Source of the DNA: Ignavibacteria bacterium
GTDB taxonomy: Bacteria > Bacteroidota > Ignavibacteria > Tepidaquicellales > OLB5
Direction: 5' to 3'
Length of the DNA stretch: 54,475 nt
NCBI GenBank assembly: GCA_013140565.1
Contig: JABFSP010000207.1
Span: 1-54,475, forward strand
The notes below the pieces were generated by a model. The model made no database searches and was not told where the DNA came from. It saw only the letters and a list, made by a program, of their open reading frames with translations. The position numbers and the translations under genes were made by a program. Positions 20,615 through 30,275 of the stretch are shown here, piece by piece; position 1 is the stretch's first letter, and each line of letters begins with the position of its first letter.

Positions 20615-21982
20615 TCAAGGTTCCAATATAGTTAACCGAATATTATTGAGAATCCATCTTCCCAATGTATGCCCGGCCGTCAAACCGTTAACTGAATCAA
20701 ACCTGTAATGAATTCCGCCATACTGTCTTGAAAAAGCTGCTTCTTCGGCAATTGCCGCAAACGTATCAAATGATCTTGGCGGGTAACCTATATCCTGATG
20801 GGTGTAATCAGTAATATGCATATCACCAAATAGTTCTTTCATGATCTCAGCGCAACCGCCGGATAAACTGGAATGTCCAGAAGGATACGCAGGAAACGAA
20901 GGCGTAATTAGATATGGGTTCCAATTTGCATCTATGTAATCACGGATATATGATTGCGGTCTTAAAAGATTATAGTGGTACTTAGCTCTCCAGCATACAA
21001 TAAAACCATCCGCCATCATGGGACCCATGTAGGCGTACATTTGTGCAACTTTATCTAACTTTAATCCAGTCTGCCTTGCAACCTGGCTCATAATAGAAAC
21101 CCAATGCCCGGAAGGTGTACCAGTTCTTATCTTGTCATTCCAGAAATTTGCAATTCTTTTTTGCTCTAACGTAAGATTTTGTGAAATTTCGATTAATTCC
21201 TTTGCATCACGATAAATTGCCGAACTTGTATCTGTACTAAAAGTCGGCATAGGAATATAAAATTGTTCAGGATTCCGAACAACAAATGGCCTTAAAGTAC
21301 CCCAATATGGCTCATTTGGCCTGTCACCGGGATTTATAGGTTCCCAGTTCGCCGGATTCAAACTTCTGGGTGGTGCATTGTAAGTCATTGTCCTTGATTC
21401 TTCATAGCCATCAGTAGATATCCATTGCAGCATTTTCTCAGCAATCGCCAAGCCATGTTGTATTGATCTATCAACAACTTCAATTGTTACAGCTGTTTGT
21501 CTTTCAGCAATAACCTCATTGTAATGATCTTCAACCAGAGTCACAGATCCCGGATATAAAGTATCGTATGCTGCATAGATGACGGGTTTAACTGCAGCTG
21601 CTATAACTGTCGGCCAATCGTACTCCAAAGAGTTGTTTATCTGGGGAATTTGCGGCATTTCGTTAAGCTGACCGCTTAATGACCTTGAAAACGGGATACC
21701 CGGAGCAACACATTCATATATTGTTACACAAGTATAAGAATAAAACCTGGATGGCGGCGGGGGACTGTCATTATGCTGATCAGCAATTATTCTGTATTCA
21801 ATGTCCATCCAGTCCAATGCATATTTTGCGTCTATACTTGATGCCTGTACTGAAGGCGACTGAGTTGTTGTTGTCACGATATCAGACTCGTTACTGCAGC
21901 TGAAAGCGAAAAGAACAAATGCAGCAAACAATAGATTTCTGAAAACTACTGAAATTTTGGAAATACTATGCTTCATTTTCAT
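20615..21982 (-). CDS. PAP2-superfamily, vanadium-haloperoxidase/acid-phosphatase-like lipoprotein
   Basis: Lipobox LFAFSC. C-terminal PAP2 signatures YPSGHSSLSG and RQYGGIHYRFD. Lies 3 nt from the upstream FG-GAP gene. Confidence 0.65.
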   Translation of the reverse strand: MKMKHSISKISVVFRNLLFAAFVLFAFSCSNESDIVTTTTQSPSVQASSIDAKYALDWMDIEYRIIADQHNDSPPPPSRFYSYTCVTIYECVAPGIPFSRSLSGQLNEMPQIPQINNSLEYDWPTVIAAAVKPVIYAAYDTLYPGSVTLVEDHYNEVIAERQTAVTIEVVDRSIQHGLAIAEKMLQWISTDGYEESRTMTYNAPPRSLNPANWEPINPGDRPNEPYWGTLRPFVVRNPEQFYIPMPTFSTDTSSAIYRDAKELIEISQNLTLEQKRIANFWNDKIRTGTPSGHWVSIMSQVARQTGLKLDKVAQMYAYMGPMMADGFIVCWRAKYHYNLLRPQSYIRDYIDANWNPYLITPSFPAYPSGHSSLSGGCAEIMKELFGDMHITDYTHQDIGYPPRSFDTFAAIAEEAAFSRQYGGIHYRFDSVNGLTAGHTLGRWILNNIRLTILEP

Positions 21983-21985
21983 ATA

Positions 21986-23755
21986 TTATTTTGTTATTAT
22001 CATTTTCTTTGTGCTAGTAAAACTGCCTGATATCATTTTGTAAAAATAAACACCGCTGGAAATACCGGCTGCGTTAAAATCAGTTTCATAAGTGCCTGCC
22101 TGCATTTTGTGATTTACAAGTGTAGCCACTTCCCTGCCGGTAATATCATAAACCTTCAGGAGCACATTTCCGGCTTCAGGCAAAGAAAAACGTATCCTTG
22201 TAGATGGGTTAAACGGATTTGGATAATTCTGGAATAATCCAAATGCAAACGGTACTTCGTTACCAATAGGCTGGATCCCAATAACTCCGCTTCCTTCTAC
22301 CGCAGTATATCTGCCATTTTTAAGTACATTGTAAGATCTATCCACATTGCCGTTTGTCCAGTTAATAACAATTGAATCAGCCTTATCAGAAGTGCCAAGA
22401 CCGATTATCAGTTCTACATCATCACTGCTTAAATAGCTGCTGCCGCCCAGAATAACCTGGCGATTTATAGAACCACCGGCATATGAAGTTACTACAGTAC
22501 CAATTGCATCCTTATTGGTTTGCATTCCAATGCATTTAAGTTTTATCCAGTTATTGCTGCCGCCGCTGTTTTTATAGAAATGGGCCACTGAATCTCTTGA
22601 CATTGTAGCGCATATATCAGGATAGCCATCGTTATTATAGTCTCCCTTTGCAATTCCGTATGAAAAAGTGCTGTCTCTTATGCCAATGCTGAAACCAATA
22701 TTCGAAAATGTGTTGTTCCTGTTATTTTTGTACAATACATCACACATATCAATTCCCGCTGCTGCCGATGCGTACAGATCAACCCAGCCGTCATTATCAT
22801 AATCAACAAAACTGTTTCCCCAGCACTCTTTATTAATTGTTGTATTTGTAGGTACTGCAACATCTGTAAAAGTACCGTTGCCGTTATTTCTGAAAGTAGC
22901 ATTTCCCGGCGGTCCGTTGCTTACATGCATATCAAATAAACCGTCATGATTATAATCGCCCACAGCAATACCCATTGCATCAAAATAACACATTGTGTTT
23001 GATGAGTATGTTATATCCTGGAACGTTCCATTTCCAAGATTTTTGAACAGAGTGGAGCGCTGATGCTTATCCATAGCCAGGTAAATATCCTGCCAGCCAT
23101 CCATATCAAAATCGAAAATTACAATAGCAAGTGGTTTTTTGTATAAGCTGTCTTTTGCGCCTGAAGAATTTGTAATATCGGTAAATGTTCCGTTGCCATT
23201 ATTCCTGTAAAAATAATTTGGCTGTTCGCCCGCTCCTTCAATATTTCCGTAATTTCCTATATAGAGGTCAATATATCCGTCACGGTTAACATCGCCCCAG
23301 GCCGCTGTTGTTGTTTGATACATAAACGGGATACTGATACCGGCACTTGTAGTAACATCACTAAAGGTTCCGTTGCCGTTATTTTTATATAGTCTGCTTC
23401 CGGAGTACCAGCTTGTCAGGTAAACATCTCTCCACCCGTCATTATCATAGTCACCCCATACCACGGATTTTAAACAGTCACCGTTAAAATTGATTCCGGT
23501 CTGAGAAGTTATATCTGTGTAGATACCATTATCATTCCTGTAAAAAATGAAATTCGTTCTGCCGGCAACCAAAAGGTCAACATCACCATCATTGTCATAA
23601 TCAGCAAAGCCGGCTCCGCCGCCCGGAATGTAATAATCGTCAAAATAAGTGGATGTAATTCCAATTTGCTGAGCTACGTTTGTAAAGGTTTGTGAAAATA
23701 TATTAGTGCTTAAAAACACTAATAAAATGCCAAAAAGTAAAATTTTTACTTTCAT
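21986..23755 (-). CDS. FG-GAP/VCBS-repeat protein with UnbV/ASPIC-type module and T9SS C-terminal sorting domain (CRTAC1-like)
   Basis: Signal peptide MKVKILLFGILLVFLSTNIFSQ at the internal Met. Repeats of GDYDNDGW.D.Y and FYRNNGNGTFTD. ASPIC-like segment NKDAIGTVVTSY..GGSSYLSSDD..LIIGLG. CTD is LFQNYPNPFNP...SGVYFYKM..KKMIITK. Confidence 0.8.
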   Translation of the reverse strand: MKVKILLFGILLVFLSTNIFSQTFTNVAQQIGITSTYFDDYYIPGGGAGFADYDNDGDVDLLVAGRTNFIFYRNDNGIYTDITSQTGINFNGDCLKSVVWGDYDNDGWRDVYLTSWYSGSRLYKNNGNGTFSDVTTSAGISIPFMYQTTTAAWGDVNRDGYIDLYIGNYGNIEGAGEQPNYFYRNNGNGTFTDITNSSGAKDSLYKKPLAIVIFDFDMDGWQDIYLAMDKHQRSTLFKNLGNGTFQDITYSSNTMCYFDAMGIAVGDYNHDGLFDMHVSNGPPGNATFRNNGNGTFTDVAVPTNTTINKECWGNSFVDYDNDGWVDLYASAAAGIDMCDVLYKNNRNNTFSNIGFSIGIRDSTFSYGIAKGDYNNDGYPDICATMSRDSVAHFYKNSGGSNNWIKLKCIGMQTNKDAIGTVVTSYAGGSINRQVILGGSSYLSSDDVELIIGLGTSDKADSIVINWTNGNVDRSYNVLKNGRYTAVEGSGVIGIQPIGNEVPFAFGLFQNYPNPFNPSTRIRFSLPEAGNVLLKVYDITGREVATLVNHKMQAGTYETDFNAAGISSGVYFYKMISGSFTSTKKMIITK

Positions 23756-23837
23756 GTCTGCTCCATTTTGTGAATTTTCTTTATAGTTATTATAGAATAA
23801 TAATATTATTAAAATCATATTACAATACAAATAAGTA

Positions 23838-23871
23838 AAAAAAAAGCCTCAAAATATTACTATTTTGAGGC
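23838..23871 (-). terminator. Rho-independent terminator downstream of the 23897-25270 gene
   Basis: Perfect 11-bp stem GCCTCAAAATA / TATTTTGAGGC with a 4-nt loop, followed by T8 on the minus strand. Confidence 0.65.
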
Positions 23872-23896
23872 AAAAAATGCAATTTTCCTAAATTAT

Positions 23897-25270
23897 TTAC
23901 TTAATCAGCAGCATTTTCCTTGTTTGTGTAAAACCTTCCGCAACAATAGTGTAAAAGTAAATCCCGCTGGCAAGTTCACCGGCATTATAACTAATGGTGT
24001 GATTTCCGGCTGCAAAATATGAATTGACAAGTTCATTTACCTGTTTACCTGTTACATCCCTTACAGTTATGCTGAGATTTGCTCCCTTTGGAACGGAAAA
24101 GCTAATCACTGTTTCGGGGTTAAACGGATTCGGATAGTTTTGCTTTAATTCAAATTTTTCCGGTATCGAATTATTGTTGCCATTGATACCCACCATATTC
24201 ATACAGGGACCTTCAATATTTGTAAAAAATAATGATTCAGTTCTGTTGGAATTTGTGTTTGTTGTATATCCGCCTGTAGTGTAAACAATATCAAATCCCT
24301 TGCCGCAGGCTTTATAATTCGATCTTGCCAGCGTATTATCCGGTAAGCCCGGCTGCCATGATTGCGTGCAGAAATTCCAGAAATGGGTCTGTGCTGTGGG
24401 AATTGAGCCGCCAATTGCCCCTCCTGTGAACATAACGCCAACACCGGTACCTTTAACGGCAACATACGATGCCATTCTGGTAATAGGTCCTGCAGGATAG
24501 CCCGCTATTTGTGTCCAGGTTATACTCATGTTTGAAATGTTTATAACACCCTTATAACAATTCGCAACTGATACGCCGCCTGTTGTATAACCGCCTGCTG
24601 TGATAATAGTATCTCTGTATAATCCGCCTCCAAGCATTGCATTCTGGATCGGAAAATCATTTGTGTAAGAATACGAATTTGAAAATGTATTATAGATCTG
24701 AACTTTGTTGGTTTTTAGTGCATTCTGGCCAAAGTAACCGTCACCGCCGCCAATAATAATTACTACTGATTCACTGTGCTTTAATACCAGCGCGTCTGTA
24801 ATTTTTGTTAGCATATCAGCTTTGGTTTCCCATGAATTTGCAAGTACATTATACTTCAGGGTTTTTCCCAGGGAGTTCGGAGAATTTCCTCCAAATACAT
24901 AGATTTCAGTTCCGCCATTCATTGTTATTGCGGTTCCTGAAGATATCTGGTGCGGCATTGTTGAATAATTGTTCTGCCAGGTATTGGTGGCCAGATTCAG
25001 ACGCGCGACCCGCCTTTGATCGGCCGAAGAATTGCCACCTCCAAATTGATAGAGGTAAGCTACGCCTGCAATTTCCACATAAGCGCAGCAACTCCTTGAT
25101 ACTGAATTGGGTGAATTTGATAAAATTGACCAGTTCCCGGATAAGTCATATTGGGATGGTTCAGGGGTATAATAACTTCCATGCGTGAAATTCTCGTCAT
25201 AGTCCTGGTTTTGAGCCTGGACTACTGAGAAGCTCATCATAAAAGCTATTAAAATGCTCAAAATTTTCAT
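23897..25270 (-). CDS. Kelch-type beta-propeller protein with T9SS C-terminal sorting domain
   Basis: Signal peptide MKILSILIAFMMSFSVVQAQ (internal Met). Blade signatures with a GG doublet (YLYQFGGG, IYVFGGN, IIIGGGDG, ITAGGY, MFTGGA, YTTGGY). CTD is LKQNYPNPFNP...SGIYFYTI..RKMLLIK. Confidence 0.6.
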   Translation of the reverse strand: MKILSILIAFMMSFSVVQAQNQDYDENFTHGSYYTPEPSQYDLSGNWSILSNSPNSVSRSCCAYVEIAGVAYLYQFGGGNSSADQRRVARLNLATNTWQNNYSTMPHQISSGTAITMNGGTEIYVFGGNSPNSLGKTLKYNVLANSWETKADMLTKITDALVLKHSESVVIIIGGGDGYFGQNALKTNKVQIYNTFSNSYSYTNDFPIQNAMLGGGLYRDTIITAGGYTTGGVSVANCYKGVINISNMSITWTQIAGYPAGPITRMASYVAVKGTGVGVMFTGGAIGGSIPTAQTHFWNFCTQSWQPGLPDNTLARSNYKACGKGFDIVYTTGGYTTNTNSNRTESLFFTNIEGPCMNMVGINGNNNSIPEKFELKQNYPNPFNPETVISFSVPKGANLSITVRDVTGKQVNELVNSYFAAGNHTISYNAGELASGIYFYTIVAEGFTQTRKMLLIK

Positions 25271-25398
25271 ATAATTTCTCCTTAAATTGAATAATTTTTT
25301 TGTTTCCCCCTGCTTGTAGTTAAAATAACTACACCGAAGAAGTGATTCAATCACGTCTTCAGTGTAGGCTTCAATTTTTTTTAGAAATATGTTAAAAT

Positions 25399-26694
25399 CT
25401 ACTTAATTAGGACCATTTTTTTCGTATCCACAAACGTACCTGCTTCAATTTTATAGAAATAAACTCCGCTAGCAAAACCGGTTCCATCAAAAACTACCTG
25501 GTGAGAACCTGCGTTCATTAATTCGTCGGAAAGCACTGCCACTTCCCTGCCAAGAAGGTCCGAAATTGTAATTCTCACCTTTTCAGAGGTTGGAATCTCG
25601 TACATTATCCTTGTTTGCGGATTAAAGGGATTCGGATAGTTCTGCATCAGCCTGTATTGAACCGGTATACTGTTGCCCTCAATTCCTGTGAGCGGTCCGG
25701 TACAATTGAGAAGGCATGTATCAGCGAACACATCAAGCGGTCTTGTAGTTTGCCCCTGTATCGAGCCTCCTGCACACCATATCTTAACACCCGGCCGGTT
25801 ATTGCAATAAGTAATACTTGCTGAAATTGATCCATAAAGATTATTGGTCCTGATCGGTTTGCCGTCTCTGTAAGTCCACGCTGATGTGGTTGTATCCCAG
25901 ATAGCAACAGAATCATTGCCTGAACCTCCGCTGATCTCGCCCATAATTACATAGAACTTACCCATGATAGCTGTGCCGCCGGGCCTGCTGGTTGGCACCG
26001 AAATATTTGTTCTCTGCTGCCAGGTTATTTGCAGGTGGTTTGCAGGATTTATTGTACCTACCCAGAAATCATTTCGGAAACTGGAAGAAAAGCCTGCACA
26101 AACAAAAAGTTTATTTCCAAGAATTCCGCCTGCAAAACTGCGTCTTCCGTTACCTGAAGATATTTGAGTTGCCTGTGCCCATGTATTGGTATTTACATTA
26201 TATACCTGGATCAATGTCTCGTAGGTGTTCCAGCCTCCCATCATACAGTAGATCAAACTATCCCTGTAACATTCGGCAACGTTACCTGTCACCGGTGTGG
26301 GAATATCCGCAAGTGCACTCCAGGTGCCTGTACTTACATCGTAAACAAATGTTTCGGCAGTACCGGTAGCAATAGCGGTATTTCCGCCGCCAATGTAATA
26401 TATCTTATTTCTGCACACTACAAGATCACCGCCGGTTTTAGCAACCGGTGTTCCGGCACCTGTATTCCAGTTGTTTGCGCTGATAGAGTATTTATAAAAA
26501 ATTGTTGATGGCGCGCCAGTTGATGACCCTCCGGCCACATATATAGTATCACCAAGCACTACAGAAGCATGACCCCATATAGAACCGGTACCCGGCATTA
26601 CAGGAAAATTTCCGCACCATTGATTAGGCTGAAATATCTGGGAAAACGATGTAAAAGTTAATAGAAATAAACAAATAGAAAAGTATTTTTTCAT
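25399..26694 (-). CDS. Kelch-type beta-propeller protein with T9SS C-terminal sorting domain
   Basis: Signal peptide MKKYFSICLFLLTFTSFSQ (internal Met). Blade signatures IYVAGGS, IYYIGGG, CMMGGW, LFVCAGF, IWCAGGS. CTD is LMQNYPNPFNP...SGVYFYKI..KKMVLIK. Confidence 0.6.
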   Translation of the reverse strand: MKKYFSICLFLLTFTSFSQIFQPNQWCGNFPVMPGTGSIWGHASVVLGDTIYVAGGSSTGAPSTIFYKYSISANNWNTGAGTPVAKTGGDLVVCRNKIYYIGGGNTAIATGTAETFVYDVSTGTWSALADIPTPVTGNVAECYRDSLIYCMMGGWNTYETLIQVYNVNTNTWAQATQISSGNGRRSFAGGILGNKLFVCAGFSSSFRNDFWVGTINPANHLQITWQQRTNISVPTSRPGGTAIMGKFYVIMGEISGGSGNDSVAIWDTTTSAWTYRDGKPIRTNNLYGSISASITYCNNRPGVKIWCAGGSIQGQTTRPLDVFADTCLLNCTGPLTGIEGNSIPVQYRLMQNYPNPFNPQTRIMYEIPTSEKVRITISDLLGREVAVLSDELMNAGSHQVVFDGTGFASGVYFYKIEAGTFVDTKKMVLIK

Positions 26695-26830
26695 GATTCC
26701 ACCCCCTGGAAAATTTGTTCTAAACAATATTTTACTACCTTAAAATAGGTAATGTAGGGCGTTAAAGCAATAAACATAATAGTTAACTAAAAACGCTATT
26801 AAATATGTAAACATATAAATAACAGTAATA

Positions 26831-26860
26831 AAAAAACCCGACTATTTCTAAGCGGGTTTT
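26831..26860 (-). terminator. Probable rho-independent terminator downstream of the 26883-28664 gene
   Basis: Stem AAAACCCG / CGGGTTTT with a 12-nt loop and a T-run on the minus strand. Confidence 0.5.
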
Positions 26861-26882
26861 ATGGAATAAACAAATTTAAAAA

Positions 26883-28664
26883 CTATTTTACCAGAAGCAT
26901 CTTCTTTGTTTCTGAGAAATCATTAACTTTCAATGTATAGAAATAAACACCGCTTGAAAGTGCAGTTGCGTCAAATGTTACCTGGTAGGTTCCAATTTCA
27001 TACGGATCCTGAACCAATGTCATTACTTCTCTGCCAAGTATATCATAAACCTTCATGTCAACAAATCCGCTCTTTGGAATCGAGAACTGGATAACAGTTA
27101 CAGGATTGAATGGATTCGGATAGTTCTGGCTCAGTGAATAAACCTGAGGAATAACATTACCAATAGGCTCAACAGCAACCAAATTACAATTTGCACCCGG
27201 TATCGGGAAAGAAACTGTATCAAAGGTGACTGTTCCGTTAGCTGTTCCGTTAAATCCGCTTACTGAATCAACTAAGTTGTTATCTAAATGCCATAATCCT
27301 CTGAGTCCGGTTGAGTTGTTGAACTGTGATGGATATTTTCTGCATTTGTTAGAGTCAATTGCGCCCTGTGTTCTGGCAACAGTCCAGAGTCTTAATTCTT
27401 CAATGTTTCCGTTTCCAGCATCAGAATTTCCTCTTCCGATTCTCATTTCGTTAGCTGAGCTTCCCGGGGTTCCTGCTAATGGTACTGTTGAAACCAAAGC
27501 GCCATCTTTATAGAACCTTACATTCGTTCCGTCAAATGAAGCAGCAATATGTGTCCAAACTAACGGAGTTACAGTAAAAGCTGTTGCTGTAGCAACAACA
27601 CCCTGCAATCTTACGAACGGGATCATTGTTGTTGCACTGATACCTAACTGATAATCGAAAGAAGCTGCGCCCTTGTTTAAAACTGTAGCAGCGGTAGTTA
27701 TACCACCCGGTTTTACCCAAGCTTCAATTGTCAGATTTGTGAAACCGATCATACCTGACTGGTGCGGAATTGAAACAAAGTTCGTATTTACTCCTGGTGT
27801 AGGAAGGTTCATGGCGTAATTCTGAACACCTGGTGAACCGCCCGGAGGTAATATTGCCATACCTGTAGCCTGAGCTGTGTATGAGCAAAGAACCGGTCCT
27901 AATGTACCTGTTGTTGTATCTACTTTTCTTAATTCTGGTCCTACTGCGTAGTCCATTGCGTAGAATGTGAAATCACTGTTATCAACACTTCCATCCTGAC
28001 CGAAGTTCAAATTCTGGCCAAGTGGTCCAACAAGTGTGAATACACCTGTTGTTTTGTTAGCTTTGTATAAGTTATCCGCAACGATATCAAGTGCGAACAG
28101 GCTATACTGTGCGCCTGTACGGCCAAGTAATGTGATACCGCCTGCGCATACTGCTGATGCTGCACCTATTGGAGTGCAGGCACCGGTTGTCATATTGATC
28201 GTGAAGATCTGTGACTGTGTTATGCTTGTTGAAAGACCATAAACGTTTGTTCCATCCCAGCACATACCTGTGAAGTTTGTCTGTGGAACGCCTGTCATGT
28301 TGAATACTAATGTATGTGTACCTGTTGTGGTATCAATTGACCATAACTGGAACGGTGATGACTGGTTGTATGTGTAAACAACACCATTCCTGTACATCAA
28401 ACCACCCGGAAATGTTATTGTGAAAGGAGCACCAACGTTTGTGATGGTACATGATTCTGTGAAAGCTTTACCGAACTGGAAAGTCGGTGATGAAGAGATC
28501 TGTGAGAAATAACGTTTGCCGATCGATGCATCAAAATCACCTGTTACGGGACCCTGAACCAAATTCTGAACCGGAGCCGGTCCAACTGAATGAGGTGCAT
28601 CCTGTGCGTTTGTAACGAATGTTAAAACCAAAACAGCAAACAAAAGCGAAAAGATTTTTTTCAT
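26883..28664 (-). CDS. Paralog A: unassigned N-terminal domain + LamG/concanavalin-A-like lectin module + T9SS C-terminal sorting domain
   Basis: Signal peptide MKKIFSLLFAVLVLTFVTNAQ (internal Met). The family N-domain runs from DAPHSVGPAP to ATGMAILPPG. A LamG_3-like segment follows (LTIEAWVKPGG...WTHIAASFDGTNVRFYKDGALV...EMRIGRG...GNIEELRLW). CTD is LSQNYPNPFNP...SGVYFYTL..KKMLLVK. Confidence 0.7.
   Translation of the reverse strand: MKKIFSLLFAVLVLTFVTNAQDAPHSVGPAPVQNLVQGPVTGDFDASIGKRYFSQISSSPTFQFGKAFTESCTITNVGAPFTITFPGGLMYRNGVVYTYNQSSPFQLWSIDTTTGTHTLVFNMTGVPQTNFTGMCWDGTNVYGLSTSITQSQIFTINMTTGACTPIGAASAVCAGGITLLGRTGAQYSLFALDIVADNLYKANKTTGVFTLVGPLGQNLNFGQDGSVDNSDFTFYAMDYAVGPELRKVDTTTGTLGPVLCSYTAQATGMAILPPGGSPGVQNYAMNLPTPGVNTNFVSIPHQSGMIGFTNLTIEAWVKPGGITTAATVLNKGAASFDYQLGISATTMIPFVRLQGVVATATAFTVTPLVWTHIAASFDGTNVRFYKDGALVSTVPLAGTPGSSANEMRIGRGNSDAGNGNIEELRLWTVARTQGAIDSNKCRKYPSQFNNSTGLRGLWHLDNNLVDSVSGFNGTANGTVTFDTVSFPIPGANCNLVAVEPIGNVIPQVYSLSQNYPNPFNPVTVIQFSIPKSGFVDMKVYDILGREVMTLVQDPYEIGTYQVTFDATALSSGVYFYTLKVNDFSETKKMLLVK
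27844..28664 (-). repeat. Copy 1 of a near-identical direct repeat of about 0.82 kb (partner 36162-36979)
   Basis: By eye the nucleotide sequence matches 36162-36979, apart from scattered substitutions and one codon indel near the signal peptide. It covers the whole N-domain coding part of paralogs A and E. Confidence 0.85.
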
Positions 28665-28794
28665 TGTTTTGACTAGTTTGTTTTTAAAATAGTTGGTTGA
28701 TTGTATATAAAAATTAACACTAATTGTAATTATTTCAAGCCTAAAATTCATTTAATTAAATAAAACCTTAAAATCCCGCTGAAAATGAGCTTTT

Positions 28795-30195
28795 TTACTT
28801 TATTAAAACCATTCTTTTTGATACAGAATTCTGAAAATCCGATAAAATATAAAAATAAACTCCGCTTGCAAGCCCCTGGCCATCGAATGTAATTTCATAT
28901 GAACCGCTCTTTAAACCGGTGAACGCGTAACTTCGAATCAGCTTCCCGGTAATATCATAAACTCTAAAACTCAGATCATTCACCTCACCGGTTTTTACAT
29001 AATCAAATTTTATTTTCGTAACGGGGTTAAACGGATTTGGATAATTTTGATGCAGCTTAAATACTGAAGGGATCTCATTTGAAATGTTCACAATGCCGAT
29101 TGGCGGAGGTGTAACAAATGAATACTTCTGAGCTGTGTTCAATACATTTGGATTTTTAAATCCTCCGAATAAATAAAAATAATTTGAATCAAGTCCGCTG
29201 ACCGCGGAAAAAGTAGAAATTAAAGCGGCTGAATCTCCGGAAGCAGGCAAAAAATTTGTCCAGTAGCCGGCTGAATCAGTCATATATAATCCCCAGATAT
29301 TATTTAAAGAAGTACCGCTGTTCAATGCCGGACCCATCAGCATGTAATTTTTCCATTTTGTTCCGGCTACCCTGTAAACCGGGCTGCTGAATGGCACATT
29401 ACAGTAAAATTGCCAGTTTATAAGGATAGTATCCGCACTGTAATAATTTACAGTTCCTTTAAAAACTGTATTCAGAAAGCCGGCGCTGTAACCCCCGAAA
29501 ACAAAAATTGAGGAATCTTCACCTGTGATGGTGAATTCCGCATGAGCAGTTGAATTGTTAACAGGGAAAGGTGTAGAATTCTGCCAGAACCCAAGCTCAG
29601 GATCATAGATACGCACACGGTTAATTGCACCCTGGAAACCGTGAGTTGAACCGCCAACAACTACGATCAAACTGTCATTTATCACGGTAACTGCCGGTTC
29701 ATGAACCCAGGGAACAGGCATTGTATCGGCAACAGACCAGCTGTTTTGAAGAAGAGAATACCTGAAGATCTTACCATCAGCGGTGCTGAAGGTTGAATCA
29801 ATTGAACCGACAAGATACAGGTTGCTTTTAACTTTAACAAGCTTCCCTGACCATCTTCCTTCCGGCAGCAAAGCTGCCTGCTGATATACGCCCGTTGAAA
29901 TGTTATACCACCAGCAAGTATCATTTGGTATAGTGCTTTGGTTGGCTCCGCCGCAAATAAATATCCTGTTTGAAAGCGAATCGTAATATGTATTTGTACC
30001 CATTAAAGCTATAGGCAGCGGGTTTAGTGTGCTCCAGGTACCAATAACAGATATAGTAGTATCACCTAACCGATAGGTATCAGGATAATTTACTTTACTT
30101 GCGGAATTATCCTCAATGTAAAAAGGATTTTCCTGAGAAAAAGCAGTGCTTACACTTATAAAGAAAATTGATAAAGCGATTATTCTATTCAGCAT
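28795..30195 (-). CDS. Kelch-type beta-propeller protein with T9SS C-terminal sorting domain
   Basis: Signal peptide MLNRIIALSIFFISVSTAFSQ. Blade signatures IFICGGA, LYLVGSI, VVVGGS, IFVFGGY, FYLFGGF. CTD is LHQNYPNPFNP...SGVYFYIL..KRMVLIK. Confidence 0.6.
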   Translation of the reverse strand: MLNRIIALSIFFISVSTAFSQENPFYIEDNSASKVNYPDTYRLGDTTISVIGTWSTLNPLPIALMGTNTYYDSLSNRIFICGGANQSTIPNDTCWWYNISTGVYQQAALLPEGRWSGKLVKVKSNLYLVGSIDSTFSTADGKIFRYSLLQNSWSVADTMPVPWVHEPAVTVINDSLIVVVGGSTHGFQGAINRVRIYDPELGFWQNSTPFPVNNSTAHAEFTITGEDSSIFVFGGYSAGFLNTVFKGTVNYYSADTILINWQFYCNVPFSSPVYRVAGTKWKNYMLMGPALNSGTSLNNIWGLYMTDSAGYWTNFLPASGDSAALISTFSAVSGLDSNYFYLFGGFKNPNVLNTAQKYSFVTPPPIGIVNISNEIPSVFKLHQNYPNPFNPVTKIKFDYVKTGEVNDLSFRVYDITGKLIRSYAFTGLKSGSYEITFDGQGLASGVYFYILSDFQNSVSKRMVLIK

Positions 30196-30275
30196 TTACA
30201 AGGTTATGGATATTTTAGCTGACTTTCAATTTAAAAATCAGAAGTAATATTTTATTGTTAAATTTATGTTTAATA

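Noticed and set aside
23756-28751. 5' extensions offered by the ORF track for four cargo genes (23756-23830, 25271-25354, 26695-26727, 28665-28751)
   Set aside because: In each case an internal Met starts a canonical signal peptide (MK.. plus a hydrophobic core and a Q/A cleavage context). The upstream residues are AT-rich intergenic-like sequence.
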